This document shows positions 9,250 through 18,178 of a DNA stretch of 64,000 nt, in pieces. Location: NCBI GenBank assembly GCA_964387275.1, contig CAYLVW010000001.1, positions 5,514 to 69,513 of the forward strand, read 5' to 3'. The translations under genes and the position numbers were made by a program. Numbering within the stretch: the first letter of the stretch is position 1; every line of letters starts with the position of its first letter. The stretch is from an uncultured Candidatus Saccharibacteria bacterium. GTDB taxonomy: Bacteria > Patescibacteriota > WWE3 > UBA101185 > UBA10185. The notes below the pieces were generated by a model. The model was given only the letters and a program-made list of their open reading frames with translations. It was not told the DNA's origin and ran no database searches.

Positions 9250-10546
9250 TTATTGCTTCCTAATACTCTCCATTAACTCTAGGTATCTTCTTACTTCTGC
9301 GGACCACTTTTCTAATGGTTTATCTGCAAGAATGGCAGATACATATTGTACTGGTAGGTTTCCTTTAGTACGTAATCTTTCAAAAGCCTGTATTGCTCCT
9401 ATTACGATAAGTCTGTAGTCGTCTATCAAAACTTTTTCTACCCACATAGTTTCAACTTCAGGTACTTTTTTGTATTGTTCCACAGGTGTTTTGTAATATG
9501 TATATCGCTTAGGATCCGTCATTGTTTTTATCAGATCTTTTCTTGTTTGCCCGTTATCTTCTGCTTCTTGTGCAAGGATTTCGTTTTTGGCTTTTACTAA
9601 TAGTACACGTTGTTGTGCTCTTAAACTGCTCATAAATAGAGCTTGTCGCTGTGCGGGGTCCGTTTCTTTAAGAGTTGCCTCTAGGTATAGTAGACAATCT
9701 TGTTCTGCTAATAAAGTTTCCATATCAAGAGCTATATTGTTAATAATGTGTTGTTGTTCGTGAGTAACTATTTGTTTTACTCTGTCTTTAGGGTTAGATG
9801 CATCTGCTAAGATGTAAGGCTTATGAGGATTTGTACCTGCGAACCCTTGAGTTATATAACCGGGATTTGGTCCAGAACCTTTAAGTTTTTGAAGGGTGCT
9901 TTGATCTGTTTTAATTGTAATAGCAGGTCCTTCCACTGTAGCAGTGGTTGCCTTTGACTTTGGTGCTCTAAAGCCAGTCATGTATTCTGCAAGTTCGTGA
10001 TCGTTTTCGAATCTTCGTTTTATATTAAGAGCGCGTTCACGATAAGACCTAAAATCTCTAACCCAACTTTTGGCTGTAAGTACCTGAATAGGCGTAAAAC
10101 CGTATAGTGAGTTGAACATTTCTATAATGTTTACCAGTTTGTCCGTTTCTGTGTCAGGATCGTATGTAAGGTAACTTTCTACCAAACTTCTGCAAGTTGC
10201 TAATGCGTCACGTTGAAGTACCAACTTAAATTTGTACCTTCTGAGTTCTTCTTTTTTTTTGATCAGCACCCAAGCCTTTTATTTTCTCGAGTTCTACTTG
10301 CGGGTTAAAAACATCTATGAGTGGTGGGTGTGTATCTGCATAGTTAACAACTTCAGCTTTTGTTAGTTCATCAAATTCCTCCGGTGTGGGTCGAACTATC
10401 CGTGACTTTATTTTTAGTCTGTAATAATTTAGCTTAAATTTTATTTTTTCAATATCTACACCAAATATTTCTAGACCCTGGGGTCTATCCTGTATATTTC
10501 CTACTGCTTGTATACTTTCGACTTGAGGGTTTTCCAGTTTGTTCAT
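9250..10546 (-). pseudogene. Hypothetical protein gene split into two overlapping ORFs (10546..10226 and 10269..9250) by a frameshift inside an A9 homopolymer (plus-strand T9 at 10252–10260). It may be intact if the tract length is 8.
   Basis: The upstream ORF ends ...GLGADQKKRRTQKVQI*. The downstream ORF begins MLIKKKEELRRY from the same A-run in the -1 frame, so removing one A fuses them into a single ORF of about 434 aa. Confidence 0.55.
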
Positions 10547-10711
10547 TCTCTTAATGATATCAAAATGGTGGGTAGGTGGTTATTTTGATAAACTACGTAC
10601 TGATGAGTGGCTTGATTTAATTTTGTATTTCTATCGTTATCTTTATAGTTACATTTATGGTTGCACTCATTTACCTATAGTTGTTGATTTTTTGTATGCT
10701 ATAATCCGATT

Positions 10712-12223
10712 TTGAAGATATTGATTAATATTATGGGTATTTTCCGTAAAACAAACATTCAAACAATTGTTCAAAGTGCTACCTCCGAGATAGGTAGGGG
10801 GTATTTAGTGGATGGTAAAAGATACATAACTCATACTGGTCTTCACCACAAAGAGAGTGCTTTATATAGTATGACTTCTTGGCAGAAATTATTAATCATA
10901 TTAATGGTCATATTTATTTTGTTAATGTTGGTTACTAATTTTCATACTTCATTAGTCGCACTAAATGCTGCATTAGCTACTTTATATTTCACAGATTTAT
11001 TGTTTAACTTATTCCTTATCTATAGATCCTTTTCCAGTAGCCCAGAAATTAGGGTTAGTGATACTGAGATATCAAGCCAAACTAACTGGCCAAAATATAC
11101 AGTGTTTTGCCCGTTATATAAGGAAGCGGAGATAATACCGCAGTTTGTAGAGGCGATGTCGCGTATGGATTATCCAAAAGATAGGCTACAAGTTTTGTTA
11201 TTACTCGAAGAAGATGATAAAGCCACAATACAAGCAGCTTATAATATGAATTTACCTACATATGTTGAAGTTGTCGTAATTCCACATTCACTGCCAAAAA
11301 CAAAACCAAAAGCACTTAATTATGGTATGGGTTATGCTACTGGAGATATTATTGTTATTTATGATGCCGAGGATATCCCAGAACCATTGCAGCTAAAGAA
11401 AGCAGTTCTAGCGTTTGCAAAGTCCTCAGAAAATACAGTTTGTATACAGGCTAAACTCAATTTCTATAATCCATACCAAAATTTATTAACTAAGATGTTT
11501 ACTTCTGAGTATTCTTTATGGTTTGATTTAGTTCTGACAGGTCTTCAGTCTATTGATGCTCCAATCCCCTTAGGTGGAACCTCAAATCATTTTTTGACCA
11601 AATATATTAAGGTGCTTCGAGGTTGGGACCCTTTCAACGTGACTGAGGATTGTGATCTTGGGATTAGATTAGTAAAGAAAGGATATAGAACCGCAATATT
11701 AGATTCCACAACCTATGAAGAAGCAAATAGCGACTACATAAATTGGTTTTGGCAACGAACACGCTGGATCAAGGGTTACATCCAAACTTATTTCGTTCAT
11801 ATGAGGGATCCAAAGTCTCTTTGGGCAGGTATTCGAAATCCTCACATACTGACTTTTCAGTTAGTTGTTGGCGGTAAGGTATTATCAATGTTTATTAATC
11901 CCCTAATGTGGATCACAACCATTTCCTATTTTGTTTTTAAACCTTTAGTAGGTGATACAATAGAGTCTTTTTTTCCTGCACCTGTTTTTTACTTATCTAT
12001 CTTCTCCCTGATATTTGGTAATTTCTTATACATGTACTATTACATGATTGGGTGTGCAAAACGAGGATACGATGAGCTGTTAATTTATACTGTGCTCGTA
12101 CCATTCTATTGGTTAGCAATGAGTTTTGCTGCTGTTGTAGCCGTTTGGAGATACATTGTCGCTCCGCATCACTGGTCTAAAACTAAGCATGGGTTACATT
12201 TAAGGACTACCAATTCAATATGA
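10712..12223 (+). CDS. Membrane glycosyltransferase family 2, processive type (QxxRW)
   Basis: GT2 core with DAED (..GDIIVIYDAEDIP..) and a Q-R-T-R-W motif (WFWQRTRWIKG). TM helices lie at the N- and C-terminus. Its stop overlaps the next gene's start (ATGA). Confidence 0.8.
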   Translation: MKILINIMGIFRKTNIQTIVQSATSEIGRGYLVDGKRYITHTGLHHKESALYSMTSWQKLLIILMVIFILLMLVTNFHTSLVALNAALATLYFTDLLFNLFLIYRSFSSSPEIRVSDTEISSQTNWPKYTVFCPLYKEAEIIPQFVEAMSRMDYPKDRLQVLLLLEEDDKATIQAAYNMNLPTYVEVVVIPHSLPKTKPKALNYGMGYATGDIIVIYDAEDIPEPLQLKKAVLAFAKSSENTVCIQAKLNFYNPYQNLLTKMFTSEYSLWFDLVLTGLQSIDAPIPLGGTSNHFLTKYIKVLRGWDPFNVTEDCDLGIRLVKKGYRTAILDSTTYEEANSDYINWFWQRTRWIKGYIQTYFVHMRDPKSLWAGIRNPHILTFQLVVGGKVLSMFINPLMWITTISYFVFKPLVGDTIESFFPAPVFYLSIFSLIFGNFLYMYYYMIGCAKRGYDELLIYTVLVPFYWLAMSFAAVVAVWRYIVAPHHWSKTKHGLHLRTTNSI

Positions 12224-13704
12224 ACTATAAAACTATTACAACATTTATTATAGTTTTTATTCTTTATGTACTTCTGAGTAGGGGATTTATCGGCGTAACC
12301 TCCTACGGTAGTTTTGATGACATTACAGACCCAGTATTAAGGAGTTCTTTTGAGAGTTCTCAGGAACGCGCTCGGTACTCTCAGATGTTGAGTTTTGTAA
12401 CTCAAGGAAAGCTTTCAATAGATGATGTTAAAGATTTTGCAAAACCTGATCTAGCTTGGATTAATAATCACTATTACCCAGCATACCCACCTGGATTATC
12501 TATTTTATTGTCCCCATTTTTTGCCATTGGCCATTTGCTTAATGCTCCTATGGTATTTGTTAATCTAGCAAACGCACTCCTAACCTTACTAACAGGTTAC
12601 TTATTATATAGAGTAAGTAAGCGCATAGGCTTTAGCTACGATGAGTCTTTACTTATTGGAGTTATATATACTGCTAGTACTTTGGTGCTTTCCTATGGTA
12701 CTACTTTATATCAGCATACGCTCTCGGGGTTACTACTATTTGTGATTCTGTATCTGCATCTGGTAAATTCTAATGCGTCAAGTTCTTGGTTTCTACTCCT
12801 ATTACAGGGATTATTAGTTTCGGCAGCCTACCTGGTCGACTACCCTAATATAGTACCCGCGCTTGTGATATTTATTGCAACCTGTATTACTAAACTGCAT
12901 TACTCTGAAGATGCTGTTAAGTTATATATTACTGTTAGATCCAATTTACTTTGGTTATTTTTGGGACTATTGGTTGGATTTATACTAATTGGCCTAATAA
13001 ACTATTCTCTGTTTGGGCAAGCATTCATATTGACTAATAGGTACAATCTCAGGGTACTAGACCTCCATAACATAACTTATACCTACGAATCACTTAACTC
13101 TAGTATGTTTAGTGAAGTTGTCTATGCAGAAAAATTTAATATTCACAATCTTTTCAGAGGAATACACATATTACTTTTTTCAGTGGATAGAGGTCTATTT
13201 ATTTATACCCCGATTTTGCTGTTACTTGCTTTTACTATTAAAAGATTTGGTAATCCTAATTTGAGAAATTTATTATTGCTTACATTTTTTAGCAATCTAC
13301 TACTCTATTCAATGTATGACGATCCCTGGGGTGGTTGGGCTTTTGGACCAAGGTATTTAATACCCACACTTCCCATGCTTGTTTTGCTATTAGCACCATT
13401 ATTACGAGTGGGTATACCAAAAAAGGTGCTGTATTTATTTATTCTTCCATTTATGTCTATTATTCCTTTACTTGGTGCTACTACTAGCAATTTAGTTCCC
13501 CCAAGCATAGAACAGAATTTGACTATACCAAGTAGTTTCCTGACTAACATTGAGTACCTAAGGTCTGGGTACACTGGATCCTTTGTGTTTAACCACTTAT
13601 TTCGAGATTACATGAGTTTGACCTGGTATTTTCTTCTAGTGTTATCTTTCCCATTTATACTTTATGTGTTGTTATACTTCTTTCAAAGAAAGCACACCCC
13701 ATAA
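12220..13704 (+). CDS. Polytopic membrane protein, probable GT-C fold glycosyltransferase (ArnT/PMT-like)
   Basis: More than 10 predicted TM helices and an N-terminal loop with a YPPGLS motif typical of GT-C transferases. It is translationally coupled to the GT2 gene. Confidence 0.5.
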   Translation: MNYKTITTFIIVFILYVLLSRGFIGVTSYGSFDDITDPVLRSSFESSQERARYSQMLSFVTQGKLSIDDVKDFAKPDLAWINNHYYPAYPPGLSILLSPFFAIGHLLNAPMVFVNLANALLTLLTGYLLYRVSKRIGFSYDESLLIGVIYTASTLVLSYGTTLYQHTLSGLLLFVILYLHLVNSNASSSWFLLLLQGLLVSAAYLVDYPNIVPALVIFIATCITKLHYSEDAVKLYITVRSNLLWLFLGLLVGFILIGLINYSLFGQAFILTNRYNLRVLDLHNITYTYESLNSSMFSEVVYAEKFNIHNLFRGIHILLFSVDRGLFIYTPILLLLAFTIKRFGNPNLRNLLLLTFFSNLLLYSMYDDPWGGWAFGPRYLIPTLPMLVLLLAPLLRVGIPKKVLYLFILPFMSIIPLLGATTSNLVPPSIEQNLTIPSSFLTNIEYLRSGYTGSFVFNHLFRDYMSLTWYFLLVLSFPFILYVLLYFFQRKHTP

Positions 13705-13707
13705 TTT

Positions 13708-14655
13708 ATGAGGCAACTAAGTTTATCCATAACTAAAACTCCATGGGAGGTAGCTAAATATAGTACTAAGCTTACCAATACCACTAGAATTGCGTTGTTA
13801 TTTATAGCCTTTATGTCTATATTGTCCTGGTTTTATTACTATTCAGAGAATCTTACTTTAGCTTATAACGACGCTAGATCTCACTTAAACATATCAAGGC
13901 GAGTTGTTGATAGTTTACAGCCTGGTCTAGCGCAACTCGGTACCGTATGGTTACCCTTACAGCATGTATTACAATTACCTACTATTTGGGTGGACTATTT
14001 ATATCATAGTGGTATTTCTGGAAGTTTGATATCCATACTGGCATTTATACTAAGCAGCTATATACTTGCCAAGATTGCTAGAGTTTTAGGTTTTTCTGAT
14101 TTTCAGTCAGTCTTATTACTTGTAGTTTTTTCTTTAAATCCGAATCTTCTTTATATGCAAACCTCTCCCATGACGGAATCTCTGCTTATTTTTACTCTTG
14201 TATTCTCCACCTATTATCTTTTACTTTGGGAAAAGACAGGGAGCATTGGGCACTTAATAATTGCCGCTTTTGGTGTTTTCTTAGCAGTTTTGGCTAGATA
14301 TGATGGGTGGTTCTTTTATCTATACGCTCTTGTTGCTGTATTTTTAGTTTCTTTGCTAAAGTCTGGATTTAGAAGAGCATCAGCAAATGTTGTATTATTC
14401 GGAGCAATACCAGGTTTTGCTGTCTTTTTATGGTTACTTTGGAATCAGTTGATATTTGGTAATTTTTTAGAATTTATGAATGGGTCTTTTTCTGCGAAGG
14501 CTCAACAAGATATTTTGTTAGCAGAAGGAAGGCTGTTAACTAAAGGTTCTTTAGCGCAATCAGCCTATACATATGCCTTAACGGTGATAGAGAATTCTGG
14601 TCTTCTTGTAGTAATTTTGGGAGTTCTTGGGGTATTTCGTACAATATATATATAA
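13708..14655 (+). CDS. Polytopic membrane protein (possible GT-C N-terminal half)
   Basis: Highly hydrophobic 315-aa ORF immediately downstream in the same cluster. Confidence 0.5.
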   Translation: MRQLSLSITKTPWEVAKYSTKLTNTTRIALLFIAFMSILSWFYYYSENLTLAYNDARSHLNISRRVVDSLQPGLAQLGTVWLPLQHVLQLPTIWVDYLYHSGISGSLISILAFILSSYILAKIARVLGFSDFQSVLLLVVFSLNPNLLYMQTSPMTESLLIFTLVFSTYYLLLWEKTGSIGHLIIAAFGVFLAVLARYDGWFFYLYALVAVFLVSLLKSGFRRASANVVLFGAIPGFAVFLWLLWNQLIFGNFLEFMNGSFSAKAQQDILLAEGRLLTKGSLAQSAYTYALTVIENSGLLVVILGVLGVFRTIYI

Positions 14656-14687
14656 CTAGGAAAGATGCAACAGCTAACATAATTACA

Positions 14688-15275
14688 TTGTCACTAATAG
14701 TACCTGTGGTATTTAATGTACTTAGTTTATTCTTAGGTCACTCAGTAATTCATTTACCAAGTATTCCACCTTACGCTTATTTTAATGTTCGCTATGGTTT
14801 GATGGCCTTGCCAATGCTAGCTTTTGGTATCGCATATTTGTTTGGTTCAAGAAAGTACTTGGTGATTATTCTAATGGCGGCTGTAGGTTTACAGTATAGT
14901 TATTTTTATTACACACACAATATTATTACAATCAAAGATGCTCGCATTGGTGCTAGTGGATTTTATCTCGATGATATCGGGGACTGGTTAAATCAGAATG
15001 CTTCTGATGGTTTAATATTGGTTGCTACATCAAGTCACGATGCCCTAATATTTACCGCAAGGCTCCCATTGTCGAGATATGTTAGTGAGGGGATGATAGG
15101 TTATTGGGATGCTGCCCTAAAAACACCCTCAAATTATGTAAAATATATAGTTATGCATGATGGAGATTTAGTTTCTAAAAGTATGAAAGATAACAAAGAT
15201 TTTGAGTATAACTATGAGCTCGTTTTCAAAGGAAATTTTTCTGATGTTTATAAGTTAAAGACCATTTATAACTAG
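14688..15275 (+). CDS. Membrane protein with a C-terminal soluble domain (possible continuation of the previous gene in another frame)
   Basis: Three or four TM helices followed by a soluble domain. It starts 33 nt after the previous stop in a different frame. Confidence 0.45.
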   Translation: MSLIVPVVFNVLSLFLGHSVIHLPSIPPYAYFNVRYGLMALPMLAFGIAYLFGSRKYLVIILMAAVGLQYSYFYYTHNIITIKDARIGASGFYLDDIGDWLNQNASDGLILVATSSHDALIFTARLPLSRYVSEGMIGYWDAALKTPSNYVKYIVMHDGDLVSKSMKDNKDFEYNYELVFKGNFSDVYKLKTIYN

Positions 15276-15308
15276 TTATTTGGTTTACTGTTGTGCTAAA
15301 ATCAGCAA

Positions 15309-16016
15309 ATGCAAGAAATACTAAACTCATTATTAAACCATGACCTAAAAGGACTAATTGAGCAGATAGGTTATCTCGGAGTGTTTGCAATAATATTTGC
15401 TGAATCCGGTGTATTAATCGGGTTTTTCTTACCTGGTGATAGCTTAATATTTACCGCAGGGCTACTTGCTTCTCCAAAGTTTGGTTTTTTCCATATCCTC
15501 CCTCTTTTAACAGGTTCTTTTATTGCAGCAGTTATTGGAGATAATGTTGGTTATGAGTTTGGTAAGAGGGTAGGTAGGAAGCTTTTTACAAAAGATGATT
15601 CTATTTTGTTTCATAAGAAAAATTTATTGGCTGCTCAAGAGTTTTACGAGAAGCACGGTGGTAAGGCTATAATTCTAGCCAGGTTTATGCCTGTTGTTAG
15701 AACCTTTGCCCCTATTGTTGCAGGTATCGGGCATATGGATCACAAGAAGTTTAGTTTTTTTAACATGATTGGTGGAGCTATTTGGGTTTTTGGAGTGGGT
15801 TTAATGGGATACTTTTTGGGTAGTTTGATTCCTGATGTTGATAAGTATATTGTTCCGGGGATAGTAATTATTTTGTTTGCATCTGTGGCGCCTCCGATTT
15901 GGCATTTATATAAAGAAAACAAGAAAACTTTTTGGGAAAAAATGGAGGAGAGAGTTTTTGTTCATGCAAAAGCTTTGTGGTATAGGTTAGGTTTTGGTAA
16001 AAAACCACAAGAGTAA
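15309..16016 (+). CDS. DedA/TVP38 family membrane protein
   Basis: Signature segment FAESGVLIGFFLPGDSLIFTAGLLA. Confidence 0.75.
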   Translation: MQEILNSLLNHDLKGLIEQIGYLGVFAIIFAESGVLIGFFLPGDSLIFTAGLLASPKFGFFHILPLLTGSFIAAVIGDNVGYEFGKRVGRKLFTKDDSILFHKKNLLAAQEFYEKHGGKAIILARFMPVVRTFAPIVAGIGHMDHKKFSFFNMIGGAIWVFGVGLMGYFLGSLIPDVDKYIVPGIVIILFASVAPPIWHLYKENKKTFWEKMEERVFVHAKALWYRLGFGKKPQE

Positions 16017-16135
16017 AGACTTATAAACCTCAAGTAGTTTGTGTAGCTCTCATCTATATTTTGCATCTCTCTTATTGATTTAACAACTCTATTAAAATCT
16101 CTTGCATTTGTTGCTAACAGTACTAAGATTTAATT

Positions 16136-16540
16136 ATGAAGAAATCATTAAGAGATAATTTTATATTGATATCGAGAGTCTCCTTATTTATTGTATATTT
16201 TTGGTTTGGTTTGCTTAAGGTTTTGGGTTATAGTCCCGCTCATGATTTAGTAGGGGATTTACTTTCAACAACAATTCCATTTATACCCGAAGAATTATTT
16301 GTAGTATCTTTCGGGCTTTTTGAAATGTTGGTAGGTTTGTTATGGCTTGTCCCAAGGATAGAGAAACCGGCATTTGTTTTGACGCTTATACATTTATTTA
16401 CTACCTTTGGTCCCCTTGTATTTTTACCTGAAGTTTCGTGGCAGGGATTACTGATTCCTACTTTAGTTGGACAGTACATCCTTAAGAACTTCTTAATATT
16501 TTCTTCTGCTGTTACGATTTATGTTTCAGCTGAAAAGTAG
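16136..16540 (+). CDS. Small 4-TM membrane protein (DoxX-like)
   Basis: Hydrophobicity pattern and size. Weak similarity to the DoxX/YphA type. Confidence 0.4.
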   Translation: MKKSLRDNFILISRVSLFIVYFWFGLLKVLGYSPAHDLVGDLLSTTIPFIPEELFVVSFGLFEMLVGLLWLVPRIEKPAFVLTLIHLFTTFGPLVFLPEVSWQGLLIPTLVGQYILKNFLIFSSAVTIYVSAEK

Positions 16541-16577
16541 TTTTGCATACTATTTAAATTATCGATAGAATATTCGT

Positions 16578-17168
16578 ATGCCCACTAATGCAGGAAGTAT
16601 TGAAACAATAGTTGCAACTGAAAATTCATTTGGTGCCTTTCTTGATGGATTACGATCTACCGAGAGGAATACTTTTGCTGACAGATTAAATTCTGTAATT
16701 GAAACAATTAAAGCTGATCCCGAACTTTCTGATGGTTTAGAGAGTCACCTTAAAAATGTAGGTACTGCTTATATTGCAATAGAAAGAGGTTTGCAGGAAG
16801 CAGGTAACGGCGCTGCTGTTTCCAGAGATAGGGTTCTTAGTGCCATGGAATACGGTGCTTCTGCCGCTTCTCCTTGGGCAGCTAACAAAGTAAGAATAGG
16901 AAATTCCACGTCATCCCTTATTGACTACGTAACAACCCCAAACATTCAGTTAACAACAGATTCTTTAGGTAGGATGATTAGAGAAGGGGTGAGATCTGGG
17001 GGTATGCCTGAATTTTATAGCGAGAAAGGGCCCGCTATAGAATCTCAAGTATATCTTCCTGTCGGAGGAAACTTGGAAGTGTTAGCGCATGCAAGAACGG
17101 GTGGTGTAGCGGTACCAAAGGATTTATACACTACTATTATTGATAAGTATCTTGATGAAATAAAATAG
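16578..17168 (+). CDS. Hypothetical protein (196 aa)
   Basis: Intact ORF with GC-richer codon usage and no recognisable motifs. Confidence 0.4.
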   Translation: MPTNAGSIETIVATENSFGAFLDGLRSTERNTFADRLNSVIETIKADPELSDGLESHLKNVGTAYIAIERGLQEAGNGAAVSRDRVLSAMEYGASAASPWAANKVRIGNSTSSLIDYVTTPNIQLTTDSLGRMIREGVRSGGMPEFYSEKGPAIESQVYLPVGGNLEVLAHARTGGVAVPKDLYTTIIDKYLDEIK

Positions 17169-17306
17169 CACCCATATTTGATATTAAAGACCTATAGTGA
17201 TAAAATACCGTATTCGGAAAAAACCACCATTTGGTGGGGCTTTTTGTAGCCAAAATCCCGAGTACGTTGAAAATTCGTGATTCAGGTTTTGAAGGGAGGC
17301 AACTGT

Positions 17307-18158
17307 ATGGCACTTGTTAACTACATTTGTAGATGGTGTGGGTCAACATTTACGGATTTTCCCAAAGATGGGACTTGTCCTAAATGTATGGGGCCTGGAG
17401 TCTATGAGATTCCTAAGCCTGTTGTTGCTAAACCTACTTATCCCTCTGACGACCAGCCTCCAAGCGCTAGTACTCCTTCGCAGCAAACTCAACGAAGTAA
17501 CTACCCATATCAGCCTTATGTTTACACGAGACCTAGTCCTTTTCGGGAGGCTCAATATAGTCTCTTTAGGACTTTTGGTTTTAGAGCTATTGCTGTTGTG
17601 GTGGTTATTGTCTTTACAATTCTTGCAGTTTGGGTTGGTACCTGGTTGTTTTATACGGGATCACCAAACCAGCTGACAAATCCTAGCCTTCAAAACTCTT
17701 TTCCCACCACTTCCCCTACTGTTACACCTAACAGTATTAAGAAGCCGTGGGATGGTATGACGTTTCTTAGCTCAAATCAGGCGCAAAGCCTTAAAGAAGA
17801 AAGTAATGTTGTAAACTTCGCCGTTTTTAATAATGGTGATGTTAGTTATAGTGCTGGCTATGGAGTTGTTTATAGCAATGATTCAGGTTGGATTGATGCT
17901 GGAAGACCTATCGGGTTTTCTCAGCTGACTACAACCGGTAGTAGTGTAGTACTTACGATTCATGGTAAAGACTACACCATCAACATCTATCAGGCGTTTT
18001 CCCTTTCTCAAGACTGGGGCAACGTTTATATTGTTGATGCTTCAGGTAAGCTTTGGAAGAAAGCACTTATTGCAAGTGACTTTGTGGGTATAGATATCGT
18101 TTTGGACAACGTAGTTGTTACTATTGACCCCAACCCGAATCTCTCCCTGACCTACTAA
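17307..18158 (+). CDS. Zinc-ribbon (CxxC...CxxC) membrane-anchored protein with a Pro/Gln-rich linker, one TM helix and an extracytoplasmic domain
   Basis: Strong SD (GAAGGGAGG) before ATG 17307. Sequence CRWCGS...CPKC, then a TM segment (AIAVVVVIVFTILAVWVGTWLF). Confidence 0.6.
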   Translation: MALVNYICRWCGSTFTDFPKDGTCPKCMGPGVYEIPKPVVAKPTYPSDDQPPSASTPSQQTQRSNYPYQPYVYTRPSPFREAQYSLFRTFGFRAIAVVVVIVFTILAVWVGTWLFYTGSPNQLTNPSLQNSFPTTSPTVTPNSIKKPWDGMTFLSSNQAQSLKEESNVVNFAVFNNGDVSYSAGYGVVYSNDSGWIDAGRPIGFSQLTTTGSSVVLTIHGKDYTINIYQAFSLSQDWGNVYIVDASGKLWKKALIASDFVGIDIVLDNVVVTIDPNPNLSLTY

Positions 18159-18178
18159 GGAAAGGGAAAAGGAGCAAC

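Noticed and set aside
8950-9250. A 300-bp moderately GC-rich gap upstream of rel as a candidate riboswitch or leader
   Set aside because: No recognisable conserved riboswitch core (e.g. a T-box specifier or SRP/6S hallmarks) could be identified by eye. Left unannotated pending a covariance-model scan.
9107-9418. 103-aa plus-strand ORF
   Set aside because: It overlaps the longer, better-supported minus-strand gene 9250–10269 and has no RBS or motif.
17314-17676. 120-aa ORF in an alternate frame of the zinc-ribbon gene
   Set aside because: It is Leu-rich frame-shadow translation overlapping the gene with the strong SD and CxxC motifs.
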